64,000 nucleotides of DNA from Auanema rhodensis. Lineage: Eukaryota; Animalia; Nematoda. The stretch is from assembly GCA_964057225.1 (NCBI GenBank), contig OZ059895.1, positions 21,204,001-21,268,000 on the forward strand, read 5' to 3'. Shown here piece after piece: positions 14,601-28,680 of this stretch (position 1 is the first letter of the stretch; every line of letters starts with the position of its first letter). Both the position numbers and the translations under genes were made by a program. The notes under the pieces are model-generated. The model was not told the DNA's origin. It worked only from the letters and a program-made list of their open reading frames with translations, and searched no databases.

Positions 14601-17149
14601 ATTAGATTCCCCATGTCCATATTAGTCTAAAAACAAATTTTTATTAATATTGGTGCATGGTAACCATGACTTTGAAATTTACGTGAACTTTAATTTATGC
14701 TAATTAAGTGTACACATGATGTGCGCTTGGTATGTAACTCGCTTCACGTGAAAGATAAAGAGATGCGGTTTTCAAAATTAGATTCCCCATTTCCATATTA
14801 GTCTAAAAACAATATTTTATTGATATTGGTGCATGGCAACCATGACTTTAAAATTTACGTGAACTTTAATTTATGCTAATTAAGTGTACACATGATGTGC
14901 ACTTGGTATGTAACTCGCTTCACGTCAAAGATAAAGAGATGCGGTTTTAAAAATTAGATTCCCCATGTCCATATTAGTCTAAAAACAAATTTTTATTAAT
15001 ATTGGTGCATGGTAACCATGACTTTGAAATTTACGTGAACTTTAATTTATGCTAATTAAGTGTACACATGATGTGCGCTTGGTATGTAACTCGCTTCACG
15101 TGAAAGATAAAGAGATGCGGTTTTCAAAATTAGATTCCTCATGTCCATACTAGTCTAAAAACGAATTTTTATTGATATTGATGCATGGTAACCATGACTT
15201 TGAAATTTACGTGAACTTTAATTTATGCTTATTAAGTGTACACGTGATGTGCACTTGGTATGTAACTTGCTTCACGTGAAAGATAAAGGGATGCGGTTTT
15301 CAAAATTAGATTCCCCATGTCCATATTAGTCTAAAAACAAATTTTTGTTGATATTGGTGGATGGTAACCATGACTTTGTAATTTACGTGAACTTTAATTT
15401 ATGCTAATTAAGTGTACACGTGATGTGCACTTGGTATGTAACTCGCTTCACGTGAAAGATAAAGAGATGCGGTTTTCAAAATTAGATTCCTCATGTCCAT
15501 ATTAGTCTAAAAACGAATTTTCATTGATATTGATGCATGGTAACCATGACTTTGAAATTTACGTGAACTTTAATTTATGCTTATTAAGTGTACACATGAT
15601 GTGCGCTTGGTATGTAACTCGCTTCACGTGAAAGATAAAGAGATGCGGTTTTCAAAATTAGATTCCTCTTGTCCATATTAGTCTAAAAACGAATTTTTAT
15701 TGATATTGATGCATGGTAACCATGACTTTGAAATTTACGTGAACTTTAATTTATGCTTATTAAGTGTACACGTGATGTGCACTTAGTATGTAACTTGCTT
15801 CACGTGAAAGATAAAGGGATGCGGTTTTCAAAATTAGATTCCCCATGTCCATATTAGTCTAAAAACGAATTTTTATTGATATTGATGCATGGTAACCATG
15901 ACTTTGAAATTTACGTGAACTTTAATTTATGCTAATTAAGTGAACACATGATGTGCACTTGGTATGTAACTCGCTTCACGTGAAAGATAGAGAGATGCGG
16001 TTTTCAAAATAGATTCCCCATGTCCATATTAGTCTAAAAACGAATTTTTATTGATATTGATTCATGGTAACCATGACTTTGAAAATTACGTGAACTTTAA
16101 TTTATGCTAATTAAGTGAACACATGATGTGCACTTGGTATGTAACTCACTTCACGTGAAAGATAAAGAGATGTGGTTTTCAAAATAGATTCCCCATGTCC
16201 ATATTAGTCTAAAAACGAATTTTTATTGATATTGATTCATGGTAACCATGACTTTGAAAATTACGTGAACTTTAATTTATGCTTATTAAGTGTACACGTG
16301 ATGTGCACTTGGTATGTAACTCGCTTCACGTGAAAGATAAAGGGATGCGGTTTTCAAAATTAGATTCCCCATGTCCATATTAGTCTAAAAACGAATTTTT
16401 ATTGATATTGATTCATGGTAACCATGACTTTGAAAATTACGTGAACTTTAATTTATGCTAATTAAGTGAACACATGATGTGCACTTGGTATGTAACTCGC
16501 TTCACGTGAAAGATAAAGAGATGTGGTTTTCAAAATAGATTCCCCATGTCCATATTAGTCTAAAAACGAATTTTTATTGATATTGATTCATGGTAACCAT
16601 GACTTTGAAATTTACGTGAACTTTAATTTATGCTTATTAAGTGTACACGTGATGTGCACTTAGTACGTAACTTGCTTCACGTGAAAGATAAAGGGATGCG
16701 GTTTTCAAAATTAGATTCCCCATGTCCATATTAGTCTAAAAACAAATTTTTGTTGATATTGGTGGATGGTAACCATGACTTTGAAATTTACGTGAACTTT
16801 AATTTATGCTAATTAAGTGTACACGTGATGTGCGCTTGGTATGTAACTCGCTTCACGTGAAAGATAAAGAGATGTGGTTTTCAAAATAGATTCCCCATGT
16901 CCATATTAGTCTAAAAACGAATTTTTATTGATATTGATTCATGGTAACCATGACTTTGAAAATTACGTGAACTTTAATTTATGCTAATTAAGTGTACACA
17001 TGATGTGCGCTTGTTATGTAACTCGCTTCACGTGAAAGATAAAGAGATGCGGTTTTAAAAATTAGATTTCGCATGTCCATATTAGTCTAAAAACAAATTT
17101 TTATTGATATTGGTGCATGGTAACCATGACTTTGAAATTTACGTGAACT

Positions 17150-20100
17150 TTAATTTATGCTAATTAAGTGAACACATGATGTGCACTTGGTATGTAACTC
17201 GCTTCACGTGAAAGATAAAGAGATGTGGTTTTCAAAATAGATTCCCCATGTCCATATTAGTCTAAAAACGAATTTTTATTGATATTGATTCATGGTAACC
17301 ATGACTTTGAAAATTACGTGAACTTTAATTTATGCTTATTAAGTGTACACGTGATGTGCACTTGGTATGTAACTCGCTTCACGTGAAAGATAAAGGGATG
17401 CGGTTTTCAAAATTAGATTCCCCATGTCCATATTAGTCTAAAAACAAATTTTTATTAATATTGGTGCATGGTAACCATGACTTTGAAATTTACGTGAACT
17501 TTAATTTATGCTAATTAAGTGTACACATGATGTGCGCTTGTTATGTAACTCGCTTCACGTGAAAGATAAAGAGATGCGGTTTTAAAAATTAGATTTCGCA
17601 TGTCCATATTAGTCTAAAAACAAATTTTTATTGATATTGGTGCATGGTAACCATGACTTTGAAATTTACGTGAACTTTAATTTATGCTAATTAAGTGTAC
17701 ACATGATGTGCGCTTGGTATGTAACTCGCTTCACGTGAAAGATAAAGAGATGTGGTTTTCAAAATAGATTCCCCATGTCCATATTAGTCAAAAAACGAAT
17801 TTTTATTGATATTGATTCATGGTAACCATGACTTTGAAAATTACGTGAACTTTAATTTATGCTTATTAAGTGTACACGTGATGTGCACTTGGTATGTAAC
17901 TCGCTTCACGTGAAAGATAAAGGGATGCGGTTTTCAAAATTAGATTCCCCATGTCCATATTAGTCTAAAAACAAATTTTTATTAATATTGGTTCATGGTA
18001 ACCATGACTTTGAAATTTACGTGAACTTTAATTTATGCTAATTAAGTGTACACATGATGTGCGCTTGGTATGTAACTCGCTTCACGTGAAAGATAAAGAG
18101 ATGCGGTTTTCAAAATTAGATTTCGCATGTCCATATTAGTCTAAAAACAATTTTTTATTGATATTGGTGCATGGTAACCATGACTTTAAAATTTACGTGA
18201 ACTTTAATTTATGCTAATTAAGTGTACACATGATGTGCGCTTGGTATGTAACTCGCTTCACGTGAAAGATAAAGAGATGCGGTTTTCAAAATTAGATTCC
18301 TCATGTCCATATTAGTCTAAAAACGAATTTTTATTGATATTGATGCATGGTAACTATGACTTTGAAATTTACGTGAACTTTAATTTATGCTAATTAAGTG
18401 TACACATGATGTGCACTTGGTATGTAACTCGCTTCACGTCAACGATAAAGAGATGCGGTTTTCAAAATTAGATTCCCCATGTCCATATTAGTCTAAAAAC
18501 AAATTTTTATTAATATTGGTGCATGGTAACCATGACTTTGAAATTTACGTGAACTTTAATTTATGCTAATTAAGTGTACACATGATGTGCACTTGGTATG
18601 TAAAACGCTTCACGTCAAAGATAAAGAGATGCGGTTTTCCAAATTAGATTCCCCATGTCCATATCAGTTCAAAAACAAATTTTTGTTGATATTGGTGGAT
18701 GGTAACCATGACTTTGAAATTTACGTGAACTTTAATTTATGCTAATTAAGTGTACACATGATGTGCGCTTGGTATGTAACTCGCTTCACGTGAAAGATAA
18801 AGGGATGCGGTTTTCAAAATTAGATTCCCCATGTCCATATTAGTCTAAAAACGAATTTTTATTGATATTGATGCATGGTAACCATGACTTTGAAATTTAC
18901 GTGAACTTTAATTTATGCTTATTAAGTGTACACGTGATGTGCACTTGGTATGTAACTTGCTTCACGTGAAAGATAAAGGGATGCGGTTTTTAAAATTAGA
19001 TTCCCCATGTCCATATTAGTCTAAAAACAAATTTTTGTTGATATTGGTGGATGGTAACCATGACTTTGAAATTTACGTGAACTTTAATTTATGCTAATTA
19101 AGTGTACACGTGATGTGCACTCGGTATGTAACTCGCTTCACGTGAAATATGAAGAGATGCGGTTTTCAAAATTAGATTCCCCATGTCCATATTAGTCTAA
19201 AAACAAATTTTTATTAATATTGGTGCTTGGTAACCATGACTTTGAAATTTACGTGAACTTTAATTTATGCTAATTAAGTGAACACATGATGTGCACTTGG
19301 TATGTAACTCGCTTCACGTGAAAGATAGAGAGATGCGGTTTTCAAAATAGATTCCCCATGTCCATATTAGTCTAAAAACGAATTTTTATTGATATTGATT
19401 CATGGTAACCATGACTTTGAAAATTACGTGAACTTTAATTTATGCTAATTAAGTGAACACATGATGTGCACTTGGTATGTAACTCGCTTCACGTGAAAGA
19501 TAAAGAGATGTGGTTCTCAAAATAGATTCCCCATGTCCATATTAGTCTAAAAACGAATTTTTATTGATATTGATTCATGGTAACCATGACTTTGAAAATT
19601 ACGTGAACTTTAATTTATGCTTATTAAGTGTACACGTGATGTGCACTTGGTATGTAACTCGCTTCACGTGAAAGATAAAGGGATGCGGTTTTCAAAATTA
19701 GATTCCCCATGTCCATATTAGTCTAAAAACAAATTTTTATTAATATTGGTGCATGGTAACCATGACTTTGAAATTTACGTGAACTTTAATTTATGCTAAT
19801 TAAGTGTACACATGATGTGCGCTTGTTATGTAACTCGCTTCACGTGAAAGATAAAGAGATGCGGTTTTAAAAATTAGATTTCGCATGTCCATATTAGTCT
19901 AAAAACAAATTTTTATTGATATTGGTGCATGGTAACCATGACTTTGAAATTTACGTGAACTTTAATTTATGCTAATTAAGTGTACACATGATGTGCGCTT
20001 GGTATGTAACTCGCTTCACGTGAAAGATAAAGAGATGTGGTTTTCAAAATAGATTCCCCATGTCCATATTAGTCTAAAAACGAATTTTTATTGATATTGA

Positions 20101-21500
20101 TTCATGGTAACCATGACTTTGAAAATTACGTGAACTTTAATTTATGCTCATTAAGTGTACACGTGATGTGCACTTGGTATGTAACTCGCTTCACGTGAAA
20201 GATAAAGGGATGCGGTTTTCAAAATTAGATTCCCCATGTCCATATTAGTCTAAAAACAAATTTTTATTAATATTGGTGCATGGTAACCATGACTTTGAAA
20301 TTTACGTGAACTTTAATTTATGCTAATTAAGTGTACACATGATGTGCGCTTGGTATGTAACTCGCTTCACGTGAAAGATAAAGAGATGCGGTTTTCAAAA
20401 TTAGATTTCGCATGTCCATATTAGTCTAAAAACAATTTTTTATTGATATTGGTGCATGGTAACCATGACTTTAAAATTTACGTGAACTTTAATTTATGCT
20501 AATTAAGTGTACACATGATGTGCGCTTGGTATGTAACTCGCTTCACGTGAAAGATAAAGAGATGCGGTTTTCAAAATTAGATTCCTCATGTCCATATTAG
20601 TCTAAAAACGAATTTTTATTGATATTGATGCATGGTAACTATGACTTTGAAATTTACGTGAACTTTAATTTATGCTAATTAAGTGTACACATGATGTGCA
20701 CTTGGTATGTAACTCGCTTCACGTCAACGATAAAGAGATGCGGTTTTCAAAATTAGATTCCCCATGTCCATATTAGTCTAAAAACAAATTTTTATTAATA
20801 TTGGTGCATGGTAACCATGACTTTGAAATTTACGTGAACTTTAATTTATGCTAATTAAGTGTACACATGATGTGCACTTGGTATGTAAAACGCTTCACGT
20901 CAAAGATAAAGAGATGCGGTTTTCCAAATTAGATTCCCCATGTCCATATCAGTTCAAAAACAAATTTTTGTTGATATTGGTGGATGGTAACCATGACTTT
21001 GAAATTTACGTGAACTTTAATTTATGCTAATTAAGTGTACACATGATGTGCGCTTGGTATGTAACTCGCTTCACGTGAAAGATAAAGGGATGCGGTTTTC
21101 AAAATTAGATTCCCCATGTCCATATTAGTCTAAAAACGAATTTTTATTGATATTGATGCATGGTAACCATGACTTTGAAATTTACGTGAACTTTAATTTA
21201 TGCTTATTAAGTGTACACGTGATGTGCACTTGGTATGTAACTTGCTTCACGTGAAAGATAAAGGGATGCGGTTTTCAAAATTAGATTCCCCATGTCCATA
21301 TTAGTCTAAAAACAAATTTTTGTTGATATTGGTGGATGGTAACCATGACTTTGAAATTTACGTGAACTTTAATTTATGCTAATTAAGTGTACACGTGATG
21401 TGCACTCGGTATGTAACTCGCTTCACGTGAAATATGAAGAGATGCGGTTTTCAAAATTAGATTCCCCATGTCCATATTAGTCTAAAAACAAATTTTTATT
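17150..21500. repeat. 13-monomer (2285 bp) tandem duplication
   Basis: GCTTGTTATG at 17541 and 19826, and the AAAACGCT/ATCAGTTC monomer at 18563 and 20848, are both offset by 2285. Boundaries are approximate. Confidence 0.8.
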
Positions 21501-21609
21501 AATATTGGTGCATGGTAACTATGACTTTGAAATTTACGTGAACTTTAATTTATGCTAATTAAGTGTACACATGATGTGCACTTGGTATGTAACTCGCTTC
21601 ACGTCAACG

Positions 21610-24600
21610 ATAAAGAGATGCGGTTTTCAAAATTAGATTCCCCATGTCCATATTAGTCTAAAAACAAATTTTTATTAATATTGGTGCATGGTAACCATGA
21701 CTTTGAAATTTACGTGAACTTTAATTTATGCTAATTAAGTGTACACATGATGTGCACTTGGTATGTAAAACGCTTCACGTCAAAGATAAAGAGATGCGGT
21801 TTTCCAAATTAGATTCCCCATGTCCATATCAGTTCAAAAACAAATTTTTGTTGATATTGGTGGATGGTAACCATGACTTTGAAATTTACGTGAACTTTAA
21901 TTTATGCTAATTAAGTGTACACATGATGTGCGCTTGGTATGTAACTCGCTTCACGTGAAAGATAAAGGGATGCGGTTTTCAAAATTAGATTCCCCATGTC
22001 CATATTAGTCTAAAAACGAATTTTTATTGATATTGATGCATGGTAACCATGACTTTGAAATTTACGTGAACTTTAATTTATGCTTATTAAGTGTACACGT
22101 GATGTGCACTTGGTATGTAACTTGCTTCACGTGAAAGATAAAGGGATGCGGTTTTCAAAATTAGATTCCCCATGTCCATATTAGTCTAAAAACAAATTTT
22201 TGTTGATATTGGTGGATGGTAACCATGACTTTGAAATTTACGTGAACTTTAATTTATGCTAATTAAGTGTACACGTGATGTGCACTCGGTATGTAACTCG
22301 CTTCACGTGAAATATGAAGAGATGCGGTTTTCAAAATTAGATTCCCCATGTCCATATTAGTCTAAAAACAAATTTTTATTAATATTGGTGCTTGGTAACC
22401 ATGACTTTGAAATTTACGTGAACTTTAATTTATGCTAATTAAGTGAACACATGATGTGCACTTGGTATGTAACTCGCTTCACGTGAAAGATAAAGAGATG
22501 CGGTTTTCAAAATTAGATTTCGCATGTCCATATTAGTCTAAAAACAATTTTTTATTGATATTGGTGCATGGTAACCATGACTTTAAAATTTACGTGAACT
22601 TTAATTTATGCTAATTAAGTGTACACATGATGTGCGCTTGGTATGTAACTCGCTTCACGTGAAAGATAAAGAGATGCGGTTTTCAAAATTAGATTCCTCA
22701 TGTCCATATTAGTCTGAAAACGAATTTTTATTGATATTGATGCATGGTAACTATGACTTTGAAATTTACGTGAACTTTAATTTATGCTAATTAAGTGTAC
22801 ACATGATGTGCACTTGGTATGTAACTCGCTTCACGTCAACGATAAAGAGATGCGGTTTTCAAAATTAGATTCCCCATGTCCATATTAGTCTAAAAACAAA
22901 TTTTTATTAATATTGGTGCATGGTAACCATGACTTTGAAATTTACGTGAACTTTAATTTATGCTAATTAAGTGTACACATGATGTGCACTTGGTATGTAA
23001 AACGCTTCACGTCAAAGATAAAGAGATGCGGTTTTCCAAATTAGATTCCCCATGTCCATATCAGTTCAAAAACAAATTTTTGTTGATATTGGTGGATGGT
23101 AACCATGACTTTGAAATTTACGTGAACTTTAATTTATGCTAATTAAGTGTACACATGATGTGCGCTTGGTATGTAACTCGCTTCACGTGAAAGATAAAGG
23201 GATGCGGTTTTCAAAATTAGATTCCCCATGTCCATATTAGTCTAAAAACGAATTTTTATTGATATTGATGCATGGTAACCATGACTTTGAAATTTACGTG
23301 AACTTTAATTTATGCTTATTAAGTGTACACGTGATGTGCACTTGGTATGTAACTTGCTTCACGTGAAAGATAAAGGGATGCGGTTTTCAAAATTAGATTC
23401 CCCATGTCCATATTAGTCTAAAAACAAATTTTTGTTGATATTGGTGGATGGTAACCATGACTTTGAAATTTACGTGAACTTTAATTTATGCTAATTAAGT
23501 GTACACGTGATGTGCACTCGGTATGTAACTCGCTTCACGTGAAATATGAAGAGATGCGGTTTTCAAAATTAGATTCCCCATGTCCATATTAGTCTAAAAA
23601 CAAATTTTTATTAATATTGGTGCTTGGTAACCATGACTTTGAAATTTACGTGAACTTTAATTTATGCTAATTAAGTGAACACATGATGTGCACTTGGTAT
23701 GTAACTCGCTTCACGTGAAAGATAGAGAGATGCGGTTTTCAAAATAGATTCCCCATGTCCATATTAGTCTAAAAACGAATTTTTATTGATATTGATTCAT
23801 GGTAACCATGACTTGGAAATTTACGTGAACTTTAATTTATGCTTATTAAGTGTACACGTGATGTGCACTTGGTATGTAACTCGCTTCACGTGAAAGATAA
23901 AGGGATGCGGTTTTCAAAATTAGATTCCCCATGTCCATATTAGTCTAAAAACAAATTTTTATTAATATTGGTGCATGGTAACCATGACTTTGAAATTTAC
24001 GTGAACTTTAATTTATGCTAATTAAGTGTACACATGATGTGCGCTTGGTATGTAACTCGCTTCACGTGAAAGATAAAGAGATGCGGTTTTCAAAATTAGA
24101 TTCCCCATTTCCATATTAGTCTAAAAACAATATTTTATTGATATTGGTGCATGGCAACCATGACTTTAAAATTTACGTGAACTTTAATTTATGCTAATTA
24201 AGTGTACACATGATGTGCACTTGGTATGTAACTCGCTTCACGTCAAAGATAAAGAGATGCGGTTTTCAAAATTAGATTCCCCATGTCCATATTAGTCTAA
24301 AAACACATTTTTATTAATATTGGTGCATGGTAACCATGACTTTGAAATTTACGTGAACTTTAATTTATGCTTATTAAGTGTACACATGATGTGCGCTTGG
24401 TATGTAACTCGCTTCACGTGAAAGATAAAGAGATGCGGTTTTCAAAATTAGATTCCTCATGTCCATATTAGTCTAAAAACGAATTTTTATTGATATTGAT
24501 GCATGGTAACCATGACTTTGAAATTTACGTGAACTTTAATTTATGCTTATTAAGTGTACACGTGATGTGCACTTGGTATGTAACTTGCTTCACGTGAAAG

Positions 24601-27600
24601 ATAAAGGGATGCGGTTTTCAAAATTAGATTCCCCATGTCCATATTAGTCTAAAAACAAATTTTTGTTGATATTGGTGGATGGTAACCATGACTTTGAAAT
24701 TTAAGTGAACTTTAATTTATGCTAATTAAGTGTACACGTGATGTGTACTCGGTATGTAACTCGCTTCACGTGAAATATGAAGAGATGCGGTTTTCAAAAT
24801 TAGATTCCCCATGTCCATATTAGTCTAAAAACAAATTTTTATTAATATTGGTGCTTGGTAACCATGACTTTGAAATTTACGTGAACTTTAATTTATGCTA
24901 ATTAAGTGAACACATGATGTGCACTTGGTATGTAACTCGCTTCACGTGAAAGATAGAGAGATGCGGTTTTCAAAATAGATTCCCCATGTCCATATTAGTC
25001 TAAAAACGAATTTTTATTGATATTGATTCATGGTAACCATGACTTGGAAATTTACGTGAACTTTAATTTATGCTTATTAAGTGTACACGTGATGTGCACT
25101 TGGTATGTAACTCGCTTCACGTGAAAGATAAAGGGATGCGGTTTTCAAAATTAGATTCCCCATGTCCATATTAGTCTAAAAACAAATTTTTATTAATATT
25201 GGTGCATGGTAACCATGACTTTGAAATTTACGTGAACTTTAATTTATGCTAATTAAGTGTACACATGATGTGCGCTTGGTATGTAACTCGCTTCACGTCG
25301 AAAGATAAAGAGATGCGGTTTTCAAAATTAGATTCCCCATTTCCATATTAGTCTAAAAACAATATTTTATTGATATTGGTGCATGGCAACCATGACTTTA
25401 AAATTTACGTGAACTTTAATTTATGCTAATTAAGTGTACACATGATGTGCACTTGGTATGTAACTCGCTTCACGTCAAAGATAAAGAGATGCGGTTTTCA
25501 AAATTAGATTCCCCATGTCCATATTAGTCTAAAAACAAATTTTTATTAATATTGGTGCATGGTAACCATGACTTTGAAATTTACGTGAACTTTAATTTAT
25601 GCTAATTAAGTGTACACATGATGTGCACTTGGTATGTAAAACGCTTCACGTCAAAGATAAAGAGATGCGGTTTTCCAAATTAGATTCCCCATGTCCATAT
25701 CAGTTCAAAAACAAATTTTTGTTGATATTGGTGGATGGTAACCATGACTTTGAAATTTACGTGAACTTTAATTTATGCTAATTAAGTGTACACATGATGT
25801 GCGCTTGGTATGTAACTCGCTTCACGTGAAAGATAAAGGGATGCGGTTTTCAAAATTAGATTCCCCATGTCCATATTAGTCTAAAAACGAATTTTTATTG
25901 ATATTGATGCATGGTAACCATGACTTTGAAATTTACGTGAACTTTAATTTATGCTTATTAAGTGTACACGTGATGTGCACTTGGTATGTAACTTGCTTCA
26001 CGTGAAAGATAAAGGGATGCGGTTTTCAAAATTAGATTCCCCATGTCCATATTAGTCTAAAAACAAATTTTTGTTGATATTGGTGGATGGTAACCATGAC
26101 TTTGAAATTTACGTGAACTTTAATTTATGCTAATTAAGTGTACACGTGATGTGCACTCGGTATGTAACTCGCTTCACGTGAAATATGAAGAGATGCGGTT
26201 TTCAAAATTAGATTCCCCATGTCCATATTAGTCTAAAAACAAATTTTTATTAATATTGGTGCTTGGTAACCATGACTTTGAAATTTACGTGAACTTTAAT
26301 TTATGCTAATTAAGTGAACACATGATGTGCACTTGGTATGTAACTCGCTTCACGTGAAAGATAAAGAGATGCGGTTTTCAAAATTAGATTTCGCATGTCC
26401 ATATTAGTCTAAAAACAATTTTTTATTGATATTGGTGCATGGTAACCATGACTTTAAAATTTACGTGAACTTTAATTTATGCTAATTAAGTGTACACATG
26501 ATGTGCGCTTGGTATGTAACTCGCTTCACGTGAAAGATAAAGAGATGCGGTTTTCAAAATTAGATTCCTCATGTCCATATTAGTCTGAAAACGAATTTTT
26601 ATTGATATTGATGCATGGTAACTATGACTTTGAAATTTACGTGAACTTTAATTTATGCTAATTAAGTGTACACATGATGTGCACTTGGTATGTAACTCGC
26701 TTCACGTCAACGATAAAGAGATGCGGTTTTCAAAATTAGATTCCCCATGTCCATATTAGTCTAAAAACAAATTTTTATTAATATTGGTGCATGGTAACCA
26801 TGACTTTGAAATTTACGTGAACTTTAATTTATGCTAATTAAGTGTACACATGATGTGCACTTGGTATGTAAAACGCTTCACGTCAAAGATAAAGAGATGC
26901 GGTTTTCCAAATTAGATTCCCCATGTCCATATCAGTTCAAAAACAAATTTTTGTTGATATTGGTGGATGGTAACCATGACTTTGAAATTTACGTGAACTT
27001 TAATTTATGCTAATTAAGTGTACACATGATGTGCGCTTGGTATGTAACTCGCTTCACGTGAAAGATAAAGGGATGCGGTTTTCAAAATTAGATTCCCCAT
27101 GTCCATATTAGTCTAAAAACGAATTTTTATTGATATTGATGCATGGTAACCATGACTTTGAAATTTACGTGAACTTTAATTTATGCTTATTAAGTGTACA
27201 CGTGATGTGCACTTGGTATGTAACTTGCTTCACGTGAAAGATAAAGGGATGCGGTTTTCAAAATTAGATTCCCCATGTCCATATTAGTCTAAAAACAAAT
27301 TTTTGTTGATATTGGTGGATGGTAACCATGACTTTGAAATTTACGTGAACTTTAATTTATGCTAATTAAGTGTACACGTGATGTGCACTCGGTATGTAAC
27401 TCGCTTCACGTGAAATATGAAGAGATGCGGTTTTCAAAATTAGATTCCCCATGTCCATATTAGTCTAAAAACAAATTTTTATTAATATTGGTGCTTGGTA
27501 ACCATGACTTTGAAATTTACGTGAACTTTAATTTATGCTAATTAAGTGAACACATGATGTGCACTTGGTATGTAACTCGCTTCACGTGAAAGATAGAGAG

Positions 27601-28680
27601 ATGCGGTTTTCAAAATAGATTCCCCATGTCCATATTAGTCTAAAAACGAATTTTTATTGATATTGATTCATGGTAACCATGACTTGGAAATTTACGTGAA
27701 CTTTAATTTATGCTTATTAAGTGTACACGTGATGTGCACTTGGTATGTAACTCGCTTCACGTGAAAGATAAAGGGATGCGGTTTTCAAAATTAGATTCCC
27801 CATGTCCATATTAGTCTAAAAACAAATTTTTATTAATATTGGTGCATGGTAACCATGACTTTGAAATTTACGTGAACTTTAATTTATGCTAATTAAGTGT
27901 ACACATGATGTGCGCTTGGTATGTAACTCGCTTCACGTGAAAGATAAAGAGATGCGGTTTTCAAAATTAGATTCCCCATTTCCATATTAGTCTAAAAACA
28001 ATATTTTATTGATATTGGTGCATGGCAACCATGACTTTAAAATTTACGTGAACTTTAATTTATGCTAATTAAGTGTACACATGATGTGCACTTGGTATGT
28101 AACTCGCTTCACGTCAAAGATAAAGAGATGCGGTTTTCAAAATTAGATTCCCCATGTCCATATTAGTCTAAAAACACATTTTTATTAATATTGGTGCATG
28201 GTAACCATGACTTTGAAATTTACGTGAACTTTAATTTATGCTTATTAAGTGTACACATGATGTGCGCTTGGTATGTAACTCGCTTCACGTGAAAGATAAA
28301 GAGATGCGGTTTTCAAAATTAGATTCCTCATGTCCATATTAGTCTAAAAACGAATTTTTATTGATATTGATGCATGGTAACCATGACGTTGAAATTTACG
28401 TGAACTTTAATTTATGCTTATTAAGTGTACACGTGATGTGCACTTGGTATGTAACTTGCTTCACGTGAAAGATAAAGGGATGCGGTTTTCAAAATTAGAT
28501 TCCCCATGTCCATATTAGTCTAAAAACAAATTTTTGTTGATATTGGTGGATGGTAACCATGACTTTGAAATTTAAGTGAACTTTAATTTATGCTAATTAA
28601 GTGTACACGTGATGTGCACTCGGTATGTAACTCGCTTCACGTGAAATATGAAGAGATGCGGTTTTCAAAATTAGATTCCC
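21610..28680. repeat. 22-monomer (3871 bp) offset duplication containing an internal 7-mer
   Basis: Variant monomers at 21728/25599 and 22960/26831, and AAACACATTT at 24304/28175, are all offset by 3871. The internal spacing is 1232. Confidence 0.85.
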